Source: Patescibacteria group bacterium (GTDB lineage Bacteria; Patescibacteriota; Microgenomatia; UBA1400; PJMF01). Taken from it: a stretch of DNA of 64,000 nt. The notes under the pieces were generated by a model that saw nothing but the letters and a program-made list of their open reading frames with translations, ran no database searches and had not been told where the DNA came from. Positions within the stretch are counted from its first letter, which is position 1; every line of letters starts with the position of its first letter. Both the position numbers and the translations under genes were made by a program. The stretch is from contig BOKR01000001.1 of assembly GCA_016861085.1 (NCBI GenBank), forward strand, positions 387,271-451,270, written 5' to 3'. Shown piece after piece: positions 28,607 to 37,484 of this stretch.

Positions 28607-29067
28607 CTGGCGTTTTTTGTGTTACTCCAAAGTACGTTATGGAGTTTGTTCCCTTATATATCACTGCAAAAAGGGAGCCAGATAAAGGCACCAACCGTTG
28701 TACATTTTTTCCAACTATTGCTACCCATGTTTGGCCCACTTGAAGCAGTGATACTTTTTTCCGTATTCACTTGTTAAAGTACATTTTTTGTATGCAAAAA
28801 CCGCCCAGCGAACTGGACGTATGCAACAAAAAATTTGACTGGCTTACTTATTTCTTTTCAGCCGGTATGTTCAAAGAAAATCGGTAACCAAGTATTCTCT
28901 TGCAATAAGAGATACTTAGCCCATATCTTTGACAAAGTGGATTATACTATGGGACTATTATCTTGGCAAGAATCATTGAAAAACATACAAACAACATCAT
29001 CAGTATAATTTCAATGTTATAAAAACTTGCATCAAGTTTCCGGGGTACTGTATACTATTGAATATAT

Positions 29068-29844
29068 ATGTCTAGATTTAGCCGTACACAAAACAGGAGA
29101 AGAACTATAGATTCAGTTACAGAATATTCTGGCGTTTCCTCGAGAAAAGTTCGTAGAGAAAAAAAGAAGGTCATGTCTCAATCAGTAATGATGATTGGTG
29201 TTGCTGTCGTTCTATTTTTTACCTTTATTTTTGTCATTATTCCCAATTTTTTCAATTTTATTACTAACTTTCTTGACTCTTCTACACCGTTTCAAGAAAC
29301 AGATGATATTCCACCGCAAATTCCAATTATTTCTGCACCGGTAAGTGCTACAAATAGTGCCGAATTAAAAATTACTGGGTTTGGTGAGCCTGAAAGTTTT
29401 GTTGTTTTTGTTTTAAACGGCGCAAAAGAAGACAAAGTTACAATTACTCAAGATGGTTCTTTTGAAGTGCCGCTTACTTTATCAGAAGGTGAAAATAAAA
29501 TCAGTGCATATAGTGTTGACAAGGCAGACAATGAATCAGCTGTCACAAAAGAATATATCACTGTATTTGACGCAAAACCACCAAGTATAGAGGTAACAGA
29601 GCCTGCGGATGGCTCAAGTTTTGAGACGAGAGCTAACCAGTCTATAACAATTAAGGGCAAAACTGATGCAGATGATCCTGGAATCAAAATTTACATTTCT
29701 GGCAGGCTTGTTTTTCCAAAAGATGATGGTAGTTTTAGCTATGTGTACCGGTTGAATGAAGGTGAAAATAAATTAGAGATTATCGCCCAAGACAAAGCTG
29801 GGAATTCAAACAAGACTGAAGTGACCTATGCTTTTAGGTTATAG
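29068..29844 (+). CDS. Membrane-anchored protein with bacterial Ig-like domains
   Basis: N-terminal TM (MIGVAVVLFFTFIFVIIP; start may be Met at 29173). Beta-rich repeats (ITGFGEPESFVVFVLNG..; IKGKTDADDPGIKIYISG..) typical of Big/Ig-like folds. Candidate promoter TTGCAT-18-TATACT at 29024-29053. Confidence 0.5.
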   Translation: MSRFSRTQNRRRTIDSVTEYSGVSSRKVRREKKKVMSQSVMMIGVAVVLFFTFIFVIIPNFFNFITNFLDSSTPFQETDDIPPQIPIISAPVSATNSAELKITGFGEPESFVVFVLNGAKEDKVTITQDGSFEVPLTLSEGENKISAYSVDKADNESAVTKEYITVFDAKPPSIEVTEPADGSSFETRANQSITIKGKTDADDPGIKIYISGRLVFPKDDGSFSYVYRLNEGENKLEIIAQDKAGNSNKTEVTYAFRL

Positions 29845-29846
29845 TT

Positions 29847-31010
29847 TTACTTTTTTTCTAGAGTTGCTAGGCCTCCAAGAAATATCAGTAATACGAATGG
29901 TTGCAGTAGTGAGTTGCTAAATTGACTATGCACTAGGAGTGCAATAAACCCAGCAAAAATATAGATGTTTTTCTTCTTTAGTATCAGTGCAAAGTCAAAA
30001 AGTATCAATAGAAATAGAAAGAATCCGAAAATTCCAGACGAAAGAAAGATATTCACAAAGATATTATCTGGAATTCTTGAATGGCTTGGTATTAGTTCAA
30101 GAGTATTTTTTTGATAATTCAGACTATTTTTTTCTGAAAATAATCCGTTTCCAAGAAATATTGTTTGTGCATTAAGATTTTTCAGTTGCTGAGCTATTGC
30201 TTGAGTTCTGGCAGTAATTGTTGAAGTTCTCAGCAGGTCTACGCCTTCACCAAAGGGTTTTGGTGCCAGAATAACAAAACCAATAAATAATAATAGTCCA
30301 AAAGTCATTTTTTTAATTTGTAATTTAGAAAGCAGTATAATGCACACCGCTGCAACTAATGCGAGATAGCTTGCTCGAGAAAAAGTAAGTACAATTCCCC
30401 ACGAGAAGGCAAATAGAATTAGTAACTTTACAAGCCGGTGCCGCATAAATATACTTGAAATCCCAAGTAACAGTGTCAGTAAAAAGATAATGCCAGTGAA
30501 CCCTGGATCAAAATAGGTACTGATGAGTCTTGCGTAATGATCATCCCAGCCGAGAATTGATAGAAACCGTGTGTCTTTTATAAAAATATATTGTAAGAAT
30601 CCTAAAAAAAGGCTGATTACCCCAACTGAAAAGAACTGAAACTGCAAATAGTCTGCACTAATTTCTTTTGTTTTAATGAGAAGTCCAAGAGTTACTCCAA
30701 AAATAATATACCAAAAAAACCTTAAAAAATATAATAAAGAGATACTATCTTTATTAAAAAATATATTTAGTACCAGAGGAAATAATAGAAAAAAAATAAA
30801 TATCTTTATTTTTTTATTTTTATTAAGTATTTCTTTACAATAATTATATAAAGTTATAGGATTCGTGAAAATAACGTGAAAAATAAAAATTGAGATGACA
30901 ACATCGTGTAGGTAGAAAGCAAGGTTAGGGAAAAATTCAAGTCTCTGTAATTGCCCAAGACTTAATAGGCCAACAAGTGACCAAAGAATTATTTTTCTAA
31001 AGATTTTCAT
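29847..31010 (-). CDS. O-antigen ligase/polymerase (Wzy/WaaL-like) polytopic membrane protein
   Basis: About 10 TM helices and a large periplasmic loop. Sits next to GT2 and Wzx genes. Extremely AT-rich (about 25% GC). Confidence 0.5.
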   Translation of the reverse strand: MKIFRKIILWSLVGLLSLGQLQRLEFFPNLAFYLHDVVISIFIFHVIFTNPITLYNYCKEILNKNKKIKIFIFFLLFPLVLNIFFNKDSISLLYFLRFFWYIIFGVTLGLLIKTKEISADYLQFQFFSVGVISLFLGFLQYIFIKDTRFLSILGWDDHYARLISTYFDPGFTGIIFLLTLLLGISSIFMRHRLVKLLILFAFSWGIVLTFSRASYLALVAAVCIILLSKLQIKKMTFGLLLFIGFVILAPKPFGEGVDLLRTSTITARTQAIAQQLKNLNAQTIFLGNGLFSEKNSLNYQKNTLELIPSHSRIPDNIFVNIFLSSGIFGFFLFLLILFDFALILKKKNIYIFAGFIALLVHSQFSNSLLQPFVLLIFLGGLATLEKK

Positions 31011-31740
31011 AGTAGAAAACTCTTACAAAAAAAGAATGTAAACTCATAGTGATAGCATATATCAATCCCCTATAGCCATCTAGAAACCCAAGTTTAAAAA
31101 CATAATTAACAATGAATTTGCCAATAGGAAATACTACCATTTGAAGTATAGTTTCATTTTTATTTAGAGATTTATTTTTGCTTTCAAGCCGGGCATATGC
31201 TGTTACTTTCTCTAAAAATGCTTGTATTGAGTTATGTGAGTAGTGAGAAATTATGAAATTGGCAGATCCCAAATGTCCTGAATAGTCAACTACTTCGTGA
31301 ACATTTCTTACAAAACTACCCTTCTGTGTTTTAAACAAACGAATTAAACTAATATTTCCAGTCTCACCATACAGTAATGGTTTACCCAAAAAATAGTCGA
31401 CCCGATTAATTGCAACGGCATCATATAAGTTTTGTTGAATTATTGTATTTATTTCGTCATCTGCATTGTCTGGGAGAATTTCATCACTGTCTAAAAATAA
31501 AACCCAAGGTGTTTTTACCTTTTTAAGTGCTTCATTGCGAACTCTTGAAAAATCTAAAATTGTTTCTGGGTATTGAGTGACTGTAAAATGATACTTTTCC
31601 TTTAGTTCTTTCCAGTTGTTTGTACTTGCATTATCAATAATAAAAATAGAATCTGCAAATTGTGCAGATTTGAGAGCTTTCTCAAAAAGAGTATCACTCC
31701 TGTTTGTAAGAATAACAATGCTCAGTTGTTCTATCTTCAT
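30997..31740 (-). CDS. Family 2 glycosyltransferase
   Basis: N-terminal LSIVILTNRSD...IIDNAST and DxD (LDSDEIL) motifs of GT-A/GT2. Confidence 0.7.
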   Translation of the reverse strand: MKIEQLSIVILTNRSDTLFEKALKSAQFADSIFIIDNASTNNWKELKEKYHFTVTQYPETILDFSRVRNEALKKVKTPWVLFLDSDEILPDNADDEINTIIQQNLYDAVAINRVDYFLGKPLLYGETGNISLIRLFKTQKGSFVRNVHEVVDYSGHLGSANFIISHYSHNSIQAFLEKVTAYARLESKNKSLNKNETILQMVVFPIGKFIVNYVFKLGFLDGYRGLIYAITMSLHSFFVRVFYYENL

Positions 31741-32984
31741 TTTTTGCTTCTTTCAGAAAGAGTTGTATATGCTCTAAAGAATAAGACGGGCATTGCAATA
31801 AATCGACTGATAACTAAAGCTATTCCTGCCCCCAAAATACCGAGTTGTTTTGGTAAGATGAGCAATAAAATGATAAGTGTCACAACGGTCAAGACAAGGT
31901 GAAAGTTTATGGTTGAGTAATTCTTTTTTGCAAAAAACAATGAATAAAAAATTGCAGAGATACTCTGTAAAATTCCTGCAAGGACAAATAGATATAAGTA
32001 TGGTGTGACACTTAACCATTGTGCTCCTAAAATCAAGTTGACAATGAATTCTGGTGCGATAAGTAATGGCATAGAGAGTCCGACTACTATTATTGTAGTT
32101 ACAACGATTGATTTTAAAAATGCTTTTTTAAGTCTAGTCCTTTCTTCGGCAATCTTTGTGAATACAGGCAAAATACTATGATGTGCTGATTTGGCAAAGT
32201 CATAATTAACTTTATGACCAAGACTATATGCATTGTGATATAAACCAAGTGAATGTGTGCCAATTATTTTTCCAAGCAAAAAATCATCAATATTTTCATT
32301 AATATAAGAAAGTGCAGCAGAAATAGTTAGTCCCTTTGCATTTGAGAGAATTACTTTAGCTCTGTTGGGGATATAGACAAAACTTGGTTTGTCTTTGAAA
32401 ACCATGAAACTTAAAAATACCTCAAACAGACCGCCAACTAGAAGACCAAAGACCAATGCCACTACTGATTTGAACGCAAAGGCTAAGAGAACAGTGGCAG
32501 TTGTCTCAAACAAAATAACGGTAAATCTAAATGCGCTATCTTTAAAAAATTGTAAGTTTTTATGAAACAAAACGATACTTGGGTTAATAAATCCTTTAAT
32601 CACTGGTACGAGAGCCGCAATTGCAATAAGGATTTTTAACGAACTTTCATTGTAAAACTTGCTCATGAGTACGCCCATGAGTACCATGATGATTCCAATT
32701 ATAAATCCTCTGACAATTGCAATAACCCAAGCAGAATCAATAAAATATTTAATTGACTGTTTTGACTGAATAATGGTTAAGTTAACGCCAGTTTCTGTAG
32801 TTGCTTCTGCTATGCCTAAAGTAATAGCAATTAAGGCAAAAAGACCAAAATCGTTGGGTGTTAAAATACGGGCTATAAACATGGTCTTCACTAAGATTGT
32901 GATAATAGTTGCAAAGCGCAAAACTGTTTGCCAACTAAAGCCAGAAATAGTATTTTTCATGTAGCCCATGTTTCTATTATCCAC
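31737..32984 (-). CDS. Wzx-type oligosaccharide flippase (polysaccharide biosynthesis protein, MOP superfamily)
   Basis: 12-14 TM helices, 415 aa. Operon context with GT2 and Wzy-like genes. Confidence 0.6.
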   Translation of the reverse strand: MDNRNMGYMKNTISGFSWQTVLRFATIITILVKTMFIARILTPNDFGLFALIAITLGIAEATTETGVNLTIIQSKQSIKYFIDSAWVIAIVRGFIIGIIMVLMGVLMSKFYNESSLKILIAIAALVPVIKGFINPSIVLFHKNLQFFKDSAFRFTVILFETTATVLLAFAFKSVVALVFGLLVGGLFEVFLSFMVFKDKPSFVYIPNRAKVILSNAKGLTISAALSYINENIDDFLLGKIIGTHSLGLYHNAYSLGHKVNYDFAKSAHHSILPVFTKIAEERTRLKKAFLKSIVVTTIIVVGLSMPLLIAPEFIVNLILGAQWLSVTPYLYLFVLAGILQSISAIFYSLFFAKKNYSTINFHLVLTVVTLIILLLILPKQLGILGAGIALVISRFIAMPVLFFRAYTTLSERSKK

Positions 32985-33029
32985 GTTTAGGGCTTGAAAC
33001 TCCAGCCCTGAAACATCATAATCCTTGGT

Positions 33030-33605
33030 ATGATACGAATCCTGAAATCTTTTAGCAGTTTATTTCTTGATATTGCAGAAACGGTAACTATTGGTGCTTC
33101 TTTTTTCTTGATAGTTTACTTATTTTTTATGCAACCTCATCAGGTCAATGGTCGTTCTATGTTTCCGACTTTTAATTCTGGAGATTACTTGTTAACAAAC
33201 AAAGTTAGTTACAGAGTTGGAGAACCAAAGCGTGGTGACGTGGTTGTCTTTCACGCACCAGAAGAGGCAAGTTGTCCAACCGGAACAGGATGTGATTTTA
33301 TTAAACGTATTCTTGCTGTTCCTGGCGATACAATTGCCCTTCATGACAACGCATACTTTGTAAATGGTGAAAAGTTGAACGAATCTTACATTCCAGCAGA
33401 ATTCAAAACATTGCCTGGAAAATTTATTGAAGGACGAACTGTTACCATGGGACCAGACGAATATTTTGTTTCTGGTGATAATAGAGAGTACTCAAGTGAT
33501 TCTCGTGTGTGGGGTCCAATTAGCAAGTCTGATATTGTTGGAAAAGCGTTTGTACGGTACTGGCCAGTTAAAGATTGGGGTTGGGTTGAAGACGTTACTT
33601 ATTAG
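33030..33605 (+). CDS. lepB: Signal peptidase I
   Basis: S26 boxes: GRSMFPTF (catalytic Ser), KRILAVPGD (Lys), GDNREYSSDSR. Confidence 0.85.
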   Translation: MIRILKSFSSLFLDIAETVTIGASFFLIVYLFFMQPHQVNGRSMFPTFNSGDYLLTNKVSYRVGEPKRGDVVVFHAPEEASCPTGTGCDFIKRILAVPGDTIALHDNAYFVNGEKLNESYIPAEFKTLPGKFIEGRTVTMGPDEYFVSGDNREYSSDSRVWGPISKSDIVGKAFVRYWPVKDWGWVEDVTY

Positions 33606-33622
33606 TCTTTGCTAGAAAAGCA

Positions 33623-34474
33623 CTAATGTTCTGAGCCGCTTTTTACAGCTTCAATAAAACGCATTATTTTTTCCAAGCCCTCTTGGGTTGCCTCTGGGTC
33701 ACCTTTGAGAATAAAACTCACCTGGGTTGATTGGTTAGTTCGTTTTAACTTTAATTTTGAGCGGGCGCCAAGGTAGTTTTTAACTTTTTGTTCCCAATCT
33801 TTGACTTGTTCGTCATCAATCTGATATACGACTGATTTTGGTTTAAAAATTCTAGTTTGACCAGTCCTTGTTTTAGCAATTCTTGCCAGTTCTTCTGCTC
33901 TTCTAACGGAAGCATTCTCTTTGAGAATTTGTTTGTAAACCTCAATCATTGTTTTGATATCTTCAATACCAGAAATAGCGCGAGCATGGCCTTCAGAGAT
34001 CTGTTTTCCAAGCAGTCCATCTTTAATTGCATCAGGCAATTCAAGCAGCTTAAGTGAGTTACTAATAAAGGAAACTGATTTTCCAACTCTTTCTGCAACT
34101 TCACCAACTCCTAAGTTAAACTCTTGCTGTAATTTGAAGAATGCTTGTGCTCTTTCTATTGGTGTTAAGTTAACTCTTTGCAAGTTTTCAATGATTGCCA
34201 TCTCCAACATACCTTTTGGGGTTGTTTCTTTAATGATGGCGGGAACTTCGGTAAGACCAGCAATTTTTGCTGCCCTCCACCTGCGTTCCCCTGCAATAAT
34301 TTGGTACCCAGCTGGGGTGTGGGCAATAACAAGTGGCTCTAAAATGCCATGGATTTTGATTGATTTCACCAGATCTTCAAGTTCATCATTATTTATTTTT
34401 TCTCTGGGCTGAAATGGGTTTGCTTGGAGAATTTTAATATCAATGTTTTGAACGGTTTGGTTTTGCATACTCAA
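33623..34474 (-). CDS. parB: ParB/Spo0J-family partition protein (no adjacent parA)
   Basis: ParB box ILQANPFQPRE and GERRWRAAKIAGL, HTH, C-terminal dimerisation region. Confidence 0.85.
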   Translation of the reverse strand: MSMQNQTVQNIDIKILQANPFQPREKINNDELEDLVKSIKIHGILEPLVIAHTPAGYQIIAGERRWRAAKIAGLTEVPAIIKETTPKGMLEMAIIENLQRVNLTPIERAQAFFKLQQEFNLGVGEVAERVGKSVSFISNSLKLLELPDAIKDGLLGKQISEGHARAISGIEDIKTMIEVYKQILKENASVRRAEELARIAKTRTGQTRIFKPKSVVYQIDDEQVKDWEQKVKNYLGARSKLKLKRTNQSTQVSFILKGDPEATQEGLEKIMRFIEAVKSGSEH

Positions 34475-34525
34475 AGTATAACAGACTTTTTTGTGAAAAA
34501 AGTGTGAAACGTGATGTGGTTTTAA

Positions 34526-34553
34526 CTAATAAAAAAGCCTCCTTGCGGAGGCT
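34526..34553 (-). terminator. Intrinsic terminator downstream of rpmA (AGCCTCC-GCAA-GGAGGCT + T6 on the minus strand)
   Basis: Perfect 7-bp stem followed by a U-tract in the direction of rpmA transcription. Confidence 0.6.
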
Positions 34554-34572
34554 TTGGAATTCAATTGTGAAA

Positions 34573-34830
34573 TTACTCTTTAATAACGTTCGCAACAGTT
34601 TTGCCGAATTTTTTAGAAAAAGCGACAACGCCTTCAATCATTGCAAAAATTGTGTGGTCACTACCCATTCCAACACCTTTGCCAGCTTTATATTTTTCAC
34701 CTCTTTGTCTCAAAATAATATTTCCAGTGATAACTTTTTCACCAGCATATTTTTTAAGGCCGAGTCTTTTACCATGGCGTTTGCCTTGTTTGTGTTGTGC
34801 TACCTTACCACCTGCTTTAACGTGTGACAT
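34573..34830 (-). CDS. rpmA: 50S ribosomal protein L27
   Basis: MSHVKAGGK...GKRLG.K..GGE.V..G.I..RQRG.K..AG..VG.G.DHT(L/I)FA is canonical L27. Confidence 0.9.
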   Translation of the reverse strand: MSHVKAGGKVAQHKQGKRHGKRLGLKKYAGEKVITGNIILRQRGEKYKAGKGVGMGSDHTIFAMIEGVVAFSKKFGKTVANVIKE

Positions 34831-34835
34831 GTTTC

Positions 34836-36011
34836 TTATTCCTTATGTTGTTTATTGAACCTAAATCTGTAAATTTGTCTTTGTACCACAGCTTGTGGAC
34901 GACTATATAATACCGGTTTAGACAATGTAGTGTACCCAAAACTTGCTAATTTGTCAATTAACAAGTCGAGAGAATAGACTGTTTCTTTACCTCTTTCATT
35001 GGTAATTGTGACAGTTGGGAAGACAATTGTTACACTGGCTCCATCAGCCAATAAGTTGGTCCAATGTTTGAAGGCACCCAAATACATTTTTTCTAAGCCT
35101 TTGAAGATAAATGGTAATTTAGCTGGGTTTGGTTTTGGTTTTCCCAAGAATGGCTCAGTTACTATGTATTGAATTTTATCTTTTTGAGGTGGAATTTTGG
35201 TAGCATCTGATGCAAAAACAGTATATTCATGGGTAAACGGATAATACTCTTTTAACCATTCTAGGTTACGTTTGGTTCCAGCAACTGCTGCTTCATCAAG
35301 GTCAGTACCAATAACATCAAGATTGGTTAATAAACCTTCAATGATGACGGTTCCTGTACCACAGAACGGGTCAAGTAATATGTTTTTTCTGTTTTCTTGA
35401 ACAGGATTATCGCCAATAGCAATGTTTACCATCATGAGTGCAACTTTTGGAGGCAACATACCTTTTTTACGGTCAAAGTATGGTTTGTTTCTGTCCTTAT
35501 GGGTCCAGTCATCAATATCTTGAACACCAATTGTTTCTCCCAGGTAAGCACCATCATTTGTTGAGAGTAAATATACTTCTCTGACTTTTTTCTTGTGTAA
35601 CAATATTGAAGCTGAAAGTCCATATCGAGAACCTTCGACATATCTTGAGTTAACACCTTTGTTTTGGAGCAAAGATTTTAATTCAAAACCTTCAATTTTT
35701 TCTAAGTGGTCTCTGCCAAGTTCACTAAACCCAAAATGGATTTTGTTTCCATCAGCTAAAAGCATAAGATGATCAACGACGATCTCTTTGAGCTCTTCAA
35801 TATCTGTAGTTTCTACTTTCTTGATTTCTTTAATGACTTTAACAGTTCCACCAAGAAGATCAACGAGCTCTTTGGCTCTTTGATCAGAATTTAGAGAGAC
35901 TCTAGCTAATTGAGGGCTGACTTGTTCAACAAATTCAGCTCCAATGACTGCATTGAGCTCGACTAAAGACAATTCTGGTGTATTTCCCAGCTGGAAAAAA
36001 TACTGTTGCAT
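34836..36011 (-). CDS. Putative SAM-dependent RNA methyltransferase (Trm11/RlmL-like DPFCGTG motif) inserted between rplU and rpmA
   Basis: LLDPFCGTGTVIIEG (motif I of N2-G/N6-A RNA methyltransferases), ..IGTDLD (motif II), FASDA... 391 aa. Confidence 0.55.
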   Translation of the reverse strand: MQQYFFQLGNTPELSLVELNAVIGAEFVEQVSPQLARVSLNSDQRAKELVDLLGGTVKVIKEIKKVETTDIEELKEIVVDHLMLLADGNKIHFGFSELGRDHLEKIEGFELKSLLQNKGVNSRYVEGSRYGLSASILLHKKKVREVYLLSTNDGAYLGETIGVQDIDDWTHKDRNKPYFDRKKGMLPPKVALMMVNIAIGDNPVQENRKNILLDPFCGTGTVIIEGLLTNLDVIGTDLDEAAVAGTKRNLEWLKEYYPFTHEYTVFASDATKIPPQKDKIQYIVTEPFLGKPKPNPAKLPFIFKGLEKMYLGAFKHWTNLLADGASVTIVFPTVTITNERGKETVYSLDLLIDKLASFGYTTLSKPVLYSRPQAVVQRQIYRFRFNKQHKE

Positions 36012-36029
36012 AATGATAGTATACAGTTT

Positions 36030-36347
36030 TTAGGCTTTGATTTTAACAACCTTCAAATAAGTTTGAAGTTGTCTGTGCCCTTGAGTTTTTCTGTACTTTG
36101 ATTTGGCTTTGTACTTGAAAACTCTAATTTTTTCACCTTTTGCGTGCTCGACAACTTCTAGAGTTACCTCTGCACCAGCAACGGTTGGAGTTCCAACAGT
36201 ACTTGCTTTTTCATCTGCGATTAATAGCACATCGCTTACTTTAATTTTGTCGCCGACTTCTTTATCAGCAATTCTATCGGTTGTGATGGTATCACCTTCA
36301 CTAACCTTAAATTGTTTACCAGAAATTTGAATAACTGCGTATGACAT
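36030..36347 (-). CDS. rplU: 50S ribosomal protein L21
   Basis: MSYAVIQISGKQFKVSEGDTI... and C-terminal KV.KFKYKAKSKYRK..GHRQ match L21. Confidence 0.85.
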   Translation of the reverse strand: MSYAVIQISGKQFKVSEGDTITTDRIADKEVGDKIKVSDVLLIADEKASTVGTPTVAGAEVTLEVVEHAKGEKIRVFKYKAKSKYRKTQGHRQLQTYLKVVKIKA

Positions 36348-36385
36348 ATTTCCTTTCAAGATTGAACAGCTATTATACCATGAAA

Positions 36386-37447
36386 CTATTCCAAGTGGAG
36401 TGTCACTTTTGGCTTTTGATTAATTCGGATACTTTGGATAATGCCGAACATAGCAAGCAGAGTCAAAATTGAGCTTCCACCATATGACAATAATGGTAAT
36501 GTAATACCAGTGATTGGTAAAAGCCCAATGTTCATGCCAATGTTCACGCCAGTTTGAAGTGTTGTCATTACTGCAGTTACATAGCAGAATAATTGTTCAG
36601 AAAAATTGGCATGCTGGGCAGTGTTTAGTATGGTCACAATTAACACAGTGTATAAAGTTAAGACAAGCAGTGCTCCAATGAAGCCAAATTCTTCTGCAAA
36701 TGAAGCAAACACAAAGTCTGTTTGTCGTTCTGGTAAGAATCGTAAATGAGATTGGATGCCTTGTCCTAATCCTCTGCCAGTGATTTGGCCAGAGCCAACA
36801 GCAATTAGTGACTGTCTAGCATTGTATCCGGCTCCTTGAGTATCATCTGGAGAAATAAATGAAGTAATACGAGCTTTCTGGTATGGCTGTAGCACAAAAA
36901 GCCAAGCTATCAATACAGTAACAAAGCCTCCGGCTATAAATGGAATCATATGCAGTGGTCTTGTTTTAGAAAAAAAGAGAATTGTGAGTACTGAAAGAAG
37001 ATACACAATTGTGGTACCCAAGTCTGGCTCAATTAAAATGAGGATTCCTGGGATTGCAACAAGTGTAAGGAAAACAAACAAATTTTTGAGGTTTGTGAGT
37101 GGTTTTTTCTTAAAAAAGGTTATGAGAAACAATGATGCAGTAGGAATAGCGAGTTGTGAACCTTGGATTGCAAATATTCCTCCTACATCAATCCAGCGGT
37201 GACTTCCTTTTGTTGCTTCACCTATTATCAGAGTTAAAATCAAGAGGAATATGACACCAATATACCCCAAGAGGCTCAACTCTTGAAATCGTTTAAAGGA
37301 AATCTTTGAGAATCCAACAAAAATGGCAAACCCAATCATAAAAAAAATGAGTTGTTTAGGGGCTAGCGCGGGGAAAATACTCGAAAGGGTTAAGATGCTC
37401 AAAAGACCTAAAATTAAAATAATAGCTGGCAGAATCCATAACCTCAT
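36386..37447 (-). CDS. rodA: SEDS-family peptidoglycan glycosyltransferase (RodA-like)
   Basis: FtsW/RodA/SpoVE signature ...PERQTDFVFA...LPLLSYGGSSILT. 10 TM. Separate from the dcw-cluster ftsW. Confidence 0.75.
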   Translation of the reverse strand: MRLWILPAIILILGLLSILTLSSIFPALAPKQLIFFMIGFAIFVGFSKISFKRFQELSLLGYIGVIFLLILTLIIGEATKGSHRWIDVGGIFAIQGSQLAIPTASLFLITFFKKKPLTNLKNLFVFLTLVAIPGILILIEPDLGTTIVYLLSVLTILFFSKTRPLHMIPFIAGGFVTVLIAWLFVLQPYQKARITSFISPDDTQGAGYNARQSLIAVGSGQITGRGLGQGIQSHLRFLPERQTDFVFASFAEEFGFIGALLVLTLYTVLIVTILNTAQHANFSEQLFCYVTAVMTTLQTGVNIGMNIGLLPITGITLPLLSYGGSSILTLLAMFGIIQSIRINQKPKVTLHLE

Positions 37448-37484
37448 GATTTAGAGTATACATGTTTACTGTTTGTGGGCAAGG

